Source: Candidatus Gastranaerophilales bacterium (lineage in GTDB: Bacteria; Cyanobacteriota; Vampirovibrionia; Gastranaerophilales; CAJFVJ01). Taken from it: DNA of 46,272 bases. A program made the translations under genes and the position numbers. Shown one piece after another: positions 9,743 to 17,164 of the stretch; the stretch's first letter is position 1; each line of letters begins with the position of its first letter. The stretch lies in the NCBI GenBank assembly GCA_028694275.1, contig JAQUTS010000001.1:1-46272 (forward strand), read 5' to 3'. The notes beneath the pieces were generated by a model, which worked only from the letters and a program-made list of their open reading frames with translations, had not been told where the DNA came from and searched no databases.

Positions 9743-9831
9743 ATCTAGAAAGTATCACAAAATGCTTTGTTAATAAAGAGAGATGAGAGAGAATAAGAAT
9801 GTTTCGTTTTAAATCTTTAAAGTATTCTCTG

Positions 9832-10161
9832 TTATGCGCAGTCTGCGTAGCACATAGTTGATTCGGCCTGACCGTTTCTTAGGGTGTCGGTCATTTCATA
9901 GTAGCCAGCTTTGATGCCTCCAGGGCCGTGGCCGGCCAAAGCCAAATCTTGTTTTTGATATTTGCTGAAATCCAAGCCTTTTGGCATATTGCCGATAGTA
10001 CCTGTTTCATAGCTATGGCTGAATTCAACTTCGTCCATTCCGCCAGTTTGACGTGATGTAAAGGTTTGGTCATAATCACCTTTTTTACCTGTTACAGAAG
10101 ATGCATTAACTAAAGTAGTCGATGCTATTCTTGCTGATGTTAGTGCTCCAAATTGTACCAT
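9832..10161 (-). CDS. Orphan 109-aa protein of unknown function
   Basis: ATG start with an AGGAGA SD 8 nt upstream. The composition is visibly more G+C-rich than the flanks. I recognise no family. The C-terminus is ...GHGPGGIKAGYYEMTDTLRNGQAESTMCYADCA. Confidence 0.6.
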   Translation of the reverse strand: MVQFGALTSARIASTTLVNASSVTGKKGDYDQTFTSRQTGGMDEVEFSHSYETGTIGNMPKGLDFSKYQKQDLALAGHGPGGIKAGYYEMTDTLRNGQAESTMCYADCA

Positions 10162-10535
10162 TCTTACGTTCTCCTCTGAAATTTTAATTCTCTATTTTTC
10201 CCAAATTAAATAAGGCTTGCGCCAATAGTATCCCTAATTGTATAAAGGTTTTGTTTTCTCTCTAAATTCAATAAAATGTGATTTCTTTACAAATCTTATT
10301 TGCCTGTTTCAGCTTTAGTTTATAGAATCTACAAACTAATTGTGTTAAATGTTTTTTCTTCTCTTATCTCCTCCAATCTGAAATTTACTCAGTGAACAAT
10401 CCCGTAGTTGCGCTTTTTAATCCAGTATCTTGTTTAGTATCTTCTCTAATTTGTTTCTTATGTTTATATAAAAACAATCAACTTTGAAAAATTGCTTTTT
10501 TGCTTTGTTGCATGTTTAACTTTTCTCGCAATAGT

Positions 10536-10610
10536 AAATACTCGGTATATACTATTTATTTACCAAGTATTTATTTGCCTTGATATGCAAATAGTATATA
10601 TTCAGTATTG
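10536..10610. repeat. Imperfect inverted repeat in an ORF-free region
   Basis: TATATACTATTT (10546-10557) is the exact reverse complement of AAATAGTATATA (10589-10600). The arms extend to about 22 nt with a 3-nt mismatch block (AATACT / AGTATT). Confidence 0.6.
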
Positions 10611-10660
10611 ATAAGGGTTTTGACTGTTGTGACTAGTTTGTTAAAAAATGTTAACAAATA

Positions 10661-10690
10661 AAAAACTCACCTGTTACAGATGAGTTTTTT
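10661..10690 (-). terminator. Rho-independent terminator downstream of the U32/YqeG gene pair
   Basis: AAAAACTCA-c-CTG tta CAG-a-TGAGTTTTT hairpin with A and T runs on either side. It lies about 35 nt beyond the stop at 10724 on the minus strand. Confidence 0.75.
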
Positions 10691-10723
10691 ATATAAAATT
10701 TGTCTGAAAGATTATTGGGGTTT

Positions 10724-11215
10724 TTAGTAGCTTCCCGCATTTTTAACAAAGGATCTTTCAAGGCTTCGTAGAAATTTGACTATTTTGTGTTCTTGTTTTT
10801 TTCTTATGGGGTCAACTAAGACTGTTACCATTTTTAGTCTTTGTCCTACCCAAATATCGGTAAGCGGTCTGTCTCCGACCATTGCAGCTTCTTTTGGGTC
10901 TATGCCGAGTTCAAGAAGGGCTTCTTTTACAAATTTTCTTCTTGGTTTGCCTGCTTTGAAATATATAGGCATATTTATGACTTCTCTGACTTTTTTTTCA
11001 TAAGAAGGAATTGGGTTGTTGCTTACTATCGCAACTTTGAACTCTTTCATAAGTTCATCAAGCCATGCTTTTACTTCTTCTGTGAAAAAGCCTGTATTTG
11101 GTGCCATAAGGGTATTATCAAGATCAAAAATGAACCCTTTTATGCCCTTTTGTCTCATTTCATCAAGGTTTATTTCCATAACATTTTTTAGAACGAAGTC
11201 TGCCTGTAAAAACAT
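10724..11215 (-). CDS. YqeG-type HAD-IIIA phosphatase
   Basis: GIKGFIFDLDNTL (HAD motif I), VSNN, GDRPLTDI. The length and N-terminus resemble Bacillus YqeG. Confidence 0.85.
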   Translation of the reverse strand: MFLQADFVLKNVMEINLDEMRQKGIKGFIFDLDNTLMAPNTGFFTEEVKAWLDELMKEFKVAIVSNNPIPSYEKKVREVINMPIYFKAGKPRRKFVKEALLELGIDPKEAAMVGDRPLTDIWVGQRLKMVTVLVDPIRKKQEHKIVKFLRSLERSFVKNAGSY

Positions 11216-11216
11216 T

Positions 11217-12455
11217 TTATTCTCCTACACTTCTTATTATCGCCATTTTATAGTCATTTTCAAGCCAGTCAATCGGGGAAAATTTAAGGTATAATTCCTG
11301 ATTGGTATTGGCAACATCCAAATCATTACCGTTTAAGTCTGTTATTTGAGTAATAGTGGCTTTGCTTTGGTATTTGGGGTTGAAAATTTCAACTTCTTCG
11401 CCTTTTTGTATTTTATATTTCATTTTGGTCAAGAATCCGTTTTCATCCTTATCATTTATTATTGCATAAAATCTCGCTCCTGCCGATGACAGCGAAGAAT
11501 CATATTTATATTCATTTTCAGGGATATCACCAAGTGAAAATCCTGTGGTATAACCTCTGTTACCGACTTTTTTAAGTTCATTTAATAATTCATCTGCATT
11601 ATAGGGTTCGCCATTTTTGATTGCATCGAGGGCAAGTCTGTACGTTTTGGCTACATTTGCAGCGTAGTACATACTTTTGGTGCGACCTTCGATTTTGATT
11701 GAATTTACACCTGCATCGATGATCTCGGGAAGATATTTTATTAATGCGAGATCTTTTGGGCTCATAATGTAAGTTCCGTGCTCATCTTCACCAATTTCAT
11801 AAGGTTCAGAGAGTCTTGTCTCCTCGACAAGATAATACTTCCATCTGCAAGGCTGTGCACAAAACCCCTGATTTGATTTGCGTTCATTGTTGGTCATATA
11901 GTTGCTTATCAGGCATCTTCCCGAATATGAAACGCATTGAGAACCTTGAACGAACATTTCAAGTTCGATATCATGGACTTTTTCTCTTATTTCAGAAATT
12001 TCTTTAAGGCTCAATTCTCTTGCCAAAATTATCCTTTTGGCACCCATATCACGCCAAAATTTAACCGCTTCATAGTTCAGGGTATTCGCTTGTGTGCTTA
12101 CGTGCAAGGGCATTTCGGGCATGTGGGTTTTTATTAAATTGTAAACCCCCATATCGCTAAAAATAACGGCATCAGGGTTTGCATTTTTTATAATTTCAAG
12201 TTCTGCTTCGAGTTTCGAAATATTATGATTATGAGCAAATATATTGAGCGTGCAATATACTTTTTTACCTCTGTTATGGGCTATATCGACGGCTTGTTTT
12301 AAGTTGTCAGGGGTAATAACTTCGCCTGAGCGCATTGTTCTGAGGCTATAGTCAGCAAGCCCCAAATATACTGCATCTGCACCGTATTCTATAGCATAGT
12401 TGAGTTTTTCTATATTGCCAGCAGGCATTAAAAGTTCTAAATCGTTCATCATCAT
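11217..12455 (-). CDS. Peptidase U32 family protein
   Basis: ELLMPAGN..AIEYGADAVYLG and E.FVQGSQCVSYSGRCLISN are characteristic U32 motifs. Confidence 0.88.
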   Translation of the reverse strand: MMMNDLELLMPAGNIEKLNYAIEYGADAVYLGLADYSLRTMRSGEVITPDNLKQAVDIAHNRGKKVYCTLNIFAHNHNISKLEAELEIIKNANPDAVIFSDMGVYNLIKTHMPEMPLHVSTQANTLNYEAVKFWRDMGAKRIILARELSLKEISEIREKVHDIELEMFVQGSQCVSYSGRCLISNYMTNNERKSNQGFCAQPCRWKYYLVEETRLSEPYEIGEDEHGTYIMSPKDLALIKYLPEIIDAGVNSIKIEGRTKSMYYAANVAKTYRLALDAIKNGEPYNADELLNELKKVGNRGYTTGFSLGDIPENEYKYDSSLSSAGARFYAIINDKDENGFLTKMKYKIQKGEEVEIFNPKYQSKATITQITDLNGNDLDVANTNQELYLKFSPIDWLENDYKMAIIRSVGE

Positions 12456-12484
12456 ACTTTTCTATAAGCTTTTTTTATTATTTA

Positions 12485-12529
12485 ACAAAAAACAAAAGGC
12501 CCTGACAAGTTTTAATATCAGGACCTTTT
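12485..12529 (-). terminator. Rho-independent terminator after the Ctp protease gene
   Basis: AAAAGGCCCTGA (12494-12505) pairs with TCAGGACCTTTT (12518-12529) at 11 of 12 positions. On the minus strand it is followed by GTTTTTTGTT. Confidence 0.75.
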
Positions 12530-12542
12530 ATTTTTGTGATTT

Positions 12543-13748
12543 TTAGTAAGCTTTGCAAGTTTTTCCATACATTTGCTGAATAAGTGTATTCAGAGTCTGG
12601 GTTGCTTTCATAAGCTGGGGGTCTTTTTTGGCTTTGATGTCTTCTTCACTCAGTTGTACTTCAATATCAGGCTCTATGCCTTTTTTGTGGATATCTGTAC
12701 CGTTCGGAGTAAGGTATTTTTGAGTTGTTATGTTTATGCCTGAACCGTCAGGGAGTTTGTTTATTTCTTGTACGACACCTTTTCCGAAAGTTTTTGTACC
12801 GACTAATGTGGCTCTTTTATTGTCTTTAAGAGCCCCGCTTAATATTTCTGATGCGCTTGCGGATCCGCCGTTAATAATGACAACAATAGGTTTATTTGTG
12901 ATTATTTCATCACTTGCTCTTTGAGTTTCTTTATAACCGTCTCTATCAACAGTACTGACGATTTTTCCGCCTTTTAAGAACATATCTGATATTATTATTG
13001 CATTTGTTAAAAGTCCGCCGGGATTAGAGCGCAAATCCAAGATATAGCCTTGTTTTTTGCTTTGGGCGGCAAGAGCGTCAGCGACTTCTTTGTAAGCATT
13101 TTTGTTTATGAAAGTACTTAGGCGAATATAGCCCATGTTCTCAGGGATTTTGATATTATCAGGCGTTGTTGTGCTGACAGATTTAAGTTGGATATTTTGG
13201 CGGACAATCTCATAGTTTTTTTCTGTTTCTCCGCGTTTTATAAGGAGCTTGACATAAGTTCCTTCAGGGCCTCTGATTTTGTCAGCGGCTTCTTTTACGG
13301 TTATACCTTTTGTGCTGTGTCCGTCAATTTGCAAAATAACATCATTTGCCTGAAGACCTGCTTTGGCGGCAGGTGTATCTTCCATAGGTGCGATTACTGT
13401 GAGTTTTTCGTCTTTAATCCCTATTTGTACACCTATGCCTTTTAAAGATCCTTTTATAGAATCATTTTCGTCTTTGAATTCTTCTATATCGAGGTATCTT
13501 GTATAAGGGTCATTAAGGCTTGCAAGCATTGTTTCGATTGCTACTTTTGCATCGGCATCATTTTGGATTTTGTTGTCATATTTGTGCCTCCATTTTGTCC
13601 AGTCTTGCGTGCAGATATTTTGGTCGACATATTTGGCATCTACCAAAACCCATACATCATCGTATAGCTTTGTGGGGCTGTAAGAAAAAGCGTTTGTAAT
13701 CATCAATGAAAAAATTGTGATTGTGATTAGAATTTTTTTCATGCTCAA
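12543..13748 (-). CDS. Carboxy-terminal processing protease (S41 family, PDZ domain)
   Basis: N-terminal signal/anchor, PDZ domain (GIGVQI...TPAAKAGLQANDVILQIDG), and S41 catalytic region (NGGSASASEILSGALKD..RATLVGTKTFGKG). Confidence 0.9.
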   Translation of the reverse strand: MSMKKILITITIFSLMITNAFSYSPTKLYDDVWVLVDAKYVDQNICTQDWTKWRHKYDNKIQNDADAKVAIETMLASLNDPYTRYLDIEEFKDENDSIKGSLKGIGVQIGIKDEKLTVIAPMEDTPAAKAGLQANDVILQIDGHSTKGITVKEAADKIRGPEGTYVKLLIKRGETEKNYEIVRQNIQLKSVSTTTPDNIKIPENMGYIRLSTFINKNAYKEVADALAAQSKKQGYILDLRSNPGGLLTNAIIISDMFLKGGKIVSTVDRDGYKETQRASDEIITNKPIVVIINGGSASASEILSGALKDNKRATLVGTKTFGKGVVQEINKLPDGSGINITTQKYLTPNGTDIHKKGIEPDIEVQLSEEDIKAKKDPQLMKATQTLNTLIQQMYGKTCKAY

Positions 13749-13793
13749 GTAGAATCCTCTGTTATTTCAATAATATTATAGTATCATACTAAT

Positions 13794-14846
13794 TTATTTT
13801 ATCCAGCCGCCGCCTATTAAAGATGAACCATCAGGGGAATAGATAACTGCGGCTTGACCTTTGGTTATTGCGCTTTGCGGTTCGTCGAATATTATTTGGA
13901 TTGAATTATTTGTGTTGTTCGGGATTATCAAGGAGTGAGCGGGTTTTGAGTTGTACCGTATTTTTGTAAGAGCCCGAAACTCTTTCCCTACGTAGCTTTT
14001 TTGCTGAAAAGTCGGGGATACTATTTCCAGGCTTGATTTGTAGAGATTTTCTTTGTATCCGACTATTACGGAATTTTTCAGAGGGTCTACATCTACTACG
14101 TATAAAGGGTTTGGGGCGGATATCCCGATACCTTTTCTTTGTCCGATAGTAAATTGGTAATATCCGTTGTGCTTGCCTAATACCTTGTTGGTATTGATGT
14201 CTATGAAATACCCTTCTTTTTTACCAAATTCTCTGAGTAGGAATTTTTTGGTGGTATCAGGATTTGGAATGAAGCATATATCTTGGCTGTCTTTTGAGTT
14301 TTTGGTCGGAATATCGTATTTTTGGGCTATTTCTCTTACTTGTGTTTTGTCAAAATCACCCATGGGAAAGATGGTTTTGGATAGTTGCTCTTGTGTGAGC
14401 TCGAACAAAAAATACAATTGGTCTTTTTGTGTGTCTTTTGCTTTGGTCAAAAAATATCCGTCTTTATTTTGGGCTATATTTGCATAGTGCCCCGTGGCAA
14501 AATAATCCGTGCCCAGTGTATTAATTGCATAATCATAAAGAACACCCCATTTGATTTTTTTGTTGCAGGCTATACAAGGGTTTGGGGTTAGTCCATTTTT
14601 GTAGCTGTTTTTGAAGTAGTCGATTACTTCTTTTTCAAATTTTTCTGACAAGTCAATTACATAGTGTTCTATGCCGAATTTATCGCAGACTTCTTTGGCT
14701 TTTTTTGAGACGTCTGGTGTTTTGTTCATTAATGCTGTTATGCCTATGACATCATAGCCCTGTTCTTTTAGCAGAACAGCTGTTGTGGAGCTGTCTACTC
14801 CGCCGCTCATTCCTATTGCAACTTTTTTATTGAGAGATTTGGTCAT
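13794..14846 (-). CDS. mnmA: tRNA 2-thiouridine(34) synthase
   Basis: VAIGMSGGVDSS PP-loop, the NPCIACN context, and typical MnmA length. Confidence 0.93.
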   Translation of the reverse strand: MTKSLNKKVAIGMSGGVDSSTTAVLLKEQGYDVIGITALMNKTPDVSKKAKEVCDKFGIEHYVIDLSEKFEKEVIDYFKNSYKNGLTPNPCIACNKKIKWGVLYDYAINTLGTDYFATGHYANIAQNKDGYFLTKAKDTQKDQLYFLFELTQEQLSKTIFPMGDFDKTQVREIAQKYDIPTKNSKDSQDICFIPNPDTTKKFLLREFGKKEGYFIDINTNKVLGKHNGYYQFTIGQRKGIGISAPNPLYVVDVDPLKNSVIVGYKENLYKSSLEIVSPTFQQKSYVGKEFRALTKIRYNSKPAHSLIIPNNTNNSIQIIFDEPQSAITKGQAAVIYSPDGSSLIGGGWIK

Positions 14847-15648
14847 TGAAATATCTTATACCTTGTTCAGTTAGAGTATATTCCATTGTTGTGGCAATAC
14901 CTGTATAATCAGGGACAATCTTGACGAAGCGTTTTTCTAATGCTTCTTTTACAGTATCGTGTTCAATAGCTTCTTCCAAAAGTGCTTTTGAAAGTGTATT
15001 TATTTGTTTCAGGGTGAATCTTTCAAAGTTTTCACGTTCGACCAAATGATACGCACAAGCAATCAGGCAGTCAAATTTGTTGTGAATGTTTTGTAGGCTT
15101 AAAAGCTGTGCAAATTTGTCTGTTGCGGAATTTTCTTTGACGATTTTTTGGTTGAATATTGAGGTGAAGTCTTCTTTTGAAACACTGTCTTCTATCGCAG
15201 CAGGTTGCGGTTGTTCTTTTATTGTTTCTGTCGGCTCTTCAATTTGGGGTGGTTGTTCTATGTGTTTTTCGGGTTTTAGAGCTTCTTCCATTGTTTTGAC
15301 AGGTTTATGGATTGCTTTTTGCAAAATCTCTTTTGTTGCATCAGAAATTTTGTAGCTGTACGGTTCTTTTTCTTCTTTTTTTACTTCTGCTGCAGGTGGC
15401 TCTATGGTTTGAGTTTTTGCAGGTTTGTTTTGTTTTTCAATTATTGGAGGCGGGGCATCCAAGTCAATGACACCAAGCTCTTTTGCAGGATTTTGGTGTG
15501 ATTTTTGTGCAGTATTATTGGGGTCATTGAAAGCTTTTGCTGCTGCTTCAATCCAAATTGCCAGCTCTGTTGCTATAATTTGGTTATCGTAGCTTTTAAA
15601 CTCCAAAACTATGTCATCTTTTTTAATCAGCAATGTATAAGTGTGCAA
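14827..15648 (-). CDS. Hypothetical protein: small N-terminal domain, P/E/K-rich linker, winged-helix-like C-terminal domain
   Basis: TTG start with an AAGGGA SD 7 nt upstream. The gene overlaps mnmA by 20 nt. I recognise no family. Confidence 0.7.
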   Translation of the reverse strand: MHTYTLLIKKDDIVLEFKSYDNQIIATELAIWIEAAAKAFNDPNNTAQKSHQNPAKELGVIDLDAPPPIIEKQNKPAKTQTIEPPAAEVKKEEKEPYSYKISDATKEILQKAIHKPVKTMEEALKPEKHIEQPPQIEEPTETIKEQPQPAAIEDSVSKEDFTSIFNQKIVKENSATDKFAQLLSLQNIHNKFDCLIACAYHLVERENFERFTLKQINTLSKALLEEAIEHDTVKEALEKRFVKIVPDYTGIATTMEYTLTEQGIRYFNDQISQ

Positions 15649-15671
15649 AGTGTTTTCCCTTTTTCAATACA

Positions 15672-15800
15672 TTATTTGTTTTTTAGCAGTGTTTCTCTCC
15701 ACTTTTCAAGTTGTTCTTGGACAAACTTTGTATCAGTGGACTTAAGTTCGATTTCGACGTCGCCTTTTTTGATTTTAAAGGAATATTCTTTTTCTTCCAT
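15672..15800 (-). CDS. Small 42-aa ORF below the track cut-off, paralogous to the N-terminus of 14827-15648
   Basis: My translation is MEEKEYSFKIKKGDVEIELKSTDTKFVQEQLEKWRETLLKNK. A GGAG lies about 9 nt upstream of the ATG. It aligns without gaps to YTLLIKKDDIVLEFKSYDNQIIATELAIWIEAAAK of the next gene, with roughly one third identity. Confidence 0.5.
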   Translation of the reverse strand: MEEKEYSFKIKKGDVEIELKSTDTKFVQEQLEKWRETLLKNK

Positions 15801-15865
15801 TTGCTTCTACTCCATCTTTTCGTCTATAATTAATTATAATATGAAAATTTTACAAAAGGTATAAT

Positions 15866-17164
15866 ATGAACTTACGAGATATAAGAAAAAAACACAGGGT
15901 GATTGATTTATTTGTGGATTTGGCTGAGATTCCTTCTCCTTCTTTCAAAGAAAAAGAAGTCGCAGACACTATATCAGAGATTTTGTCCATCCATGGAGTT
16001 GAAAACAGGTTTGATTCTTACGGTAATATTATAGCCAAAATTCCAGCCACATCAGGGTGTAACAATGTTGAGCCCGTTTTGCTTTCTGCCCATATGGATG
16101 TTGTCGGCGGATCTGATAGAGTTAATGTTCTTTTGAATGGCAATTATATTGAAACAGACAAAAAACGTACCCTTGGAGCTGATGATAAAGCAGGCGTGGC
16201 AGAAATAATTGATGTGGCAATCGAAATGGCTGATTTGTACTCCAAAACTCCTCATGGCCCCATTGAAATAACTTTTACCCGTGATGAAGAACATTCTATG
16301 ACAGGTATGGAAAATCTTGATACTTCTAAGCTTTCATCAAAATATGCACTTATTTTGGATGGGGAAAGCCTTGGTGTAATTGATCATTCCGGTGCGGGTT
16401 ATACAAATATTTTTATCAAAGTCCATGGCGGTAAAGGCGGACACTCCGGGATTGATATCGCCGATACAACAAGAGTTAGCGCGCTTAAGGTTTTGGCAGA
16501 AGTTGATGCTTGTATTCCTCAAGGTGTTTATAAACAGGATGATTCAGGTGTAATTACATCCGTTAATGCTGCATCTTTTGTCGGAGGATCTGCGGGCATG
16601 TATTTGGGCGAAAAAATCAAAGATTTGTTCATAGACAAAGTCAAATCCGTACCTGATGAGCTTAAGACTGAAAATATAATGCATTCAACAGCGCGTAATT
16701 CGATGACGAATATTATTGCTCAAGAGGCCTATTCTGTTTATTCTTTGAGGAGTTCAGATCCTAAAGTTGAGAAAGAGCTTGTTGATAAAATCAAACGAGA
16801 CATCGACAAACTTGTTGCGAAATATGAACGCAGGATCAAGATAGAAGTTATTGTAAAAAAACACCTTAAGCCATTTGTAAAATCTGATGATTCGTTATTG
16901 AGAGATGTTGTTGTTGATGCTGCAAACCTATCACAGATTGATTATAAGTTATCAAGTTTTCACGCAGGCGCAGAAACTCATCTTTTATCAAATGATAAAG
17001 TTAATGCAAAAGGTGAAAAATTCTTGCCTCTTTTGCTGGGAGTTGCTAACATTTATAATATGCACTCTTGTAATGAGAGTTTGGATTGGCAGTCGCTTGT
17101 TCGGGGCAGAGAGTGGGTTAAGAATATAATTTTGGAATTTGCAAAACATAATGAAAAAAGATAG
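15866..17164 (+). CDS. M20 family metallopeptidase (PepT/PepD-like)
   Basis: LLSAHMDVV and GADDKAGVAEI metal-binding motifs, and typical length. Confidence 0.85.
   Translation: MNLRDIRKKHRVIDLFVDLAEIPSPSFKEKEVADTISEILSIHGVENRFDSYGNIIAKIPATSGCNNVEPVLLSAHMDVVGGSDRVNVLLNGNYIETDKKRTLGADDKAGVAEIIDVAIEMADLYSKTPHGPIEITFTRDEEHSMTGMENLDTSKLSSKYALILDGESLGVIDHSGAGYTNIFIKVHGGKGGHSGIDIADTTRVSALKVLAEVDACIPQGVYKQDDSGVITSVNAASFVGGSAGMYLGEKIKDLFIDKVKSVPDELKTENIMHSTARNSMTNIIAQEAYSVYSLRSSDPKVEKELVDKIKRDIDKLVAKYERRIKIEVIVKKHLKPFVKSDDSLLRDVVVDAANLSQIDYKLSSFHAGAETHLLSNDKVNAKGEKFLPLLLGVANIYNMHSCNESLDWQSLVRGREWVKNIILEFAKHNEKR

Noticed and set aside
9743-9831. Possible FMN riboswitch or leader upstream of the ribE-ribBA-ribH block. 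ribD is also absent from the block.
   Set aside because: Only about 90 nt are available. I see none of the conserved FMN-element segments, only a weak 8-bp AT-rich stem (9788-9795 / 9823-9830). The missing ribD is probably encoded elsewhere. An Rfam scan would settle it.
9832-10161. The 109-aa protein as a RiPP precursor (a Gly-Gly followed by a Cys/Ser/Thr-containing 29-aa tail).
   Set aside because: There is no modifying enzyme, peptidase-domain ABC exporter or immunity gene adjacent. The N-terminal part does not resemble Nif11 or NHLP leaders. The only radical SAM gene is 15 kb away, in an unrelated operon.
15505-15864. 119-aa plus-strand ORF covering the mnmA-upstream intergenic region.
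   Set aside because: Its composition is Cys/Phe/Ser-rich, typical of the complement of K/E-rich coding sequence. The minus strand here carries an SD-preceded 42-aa ORF with a paralog next door, plus the 5' end of the 273-aa gene.
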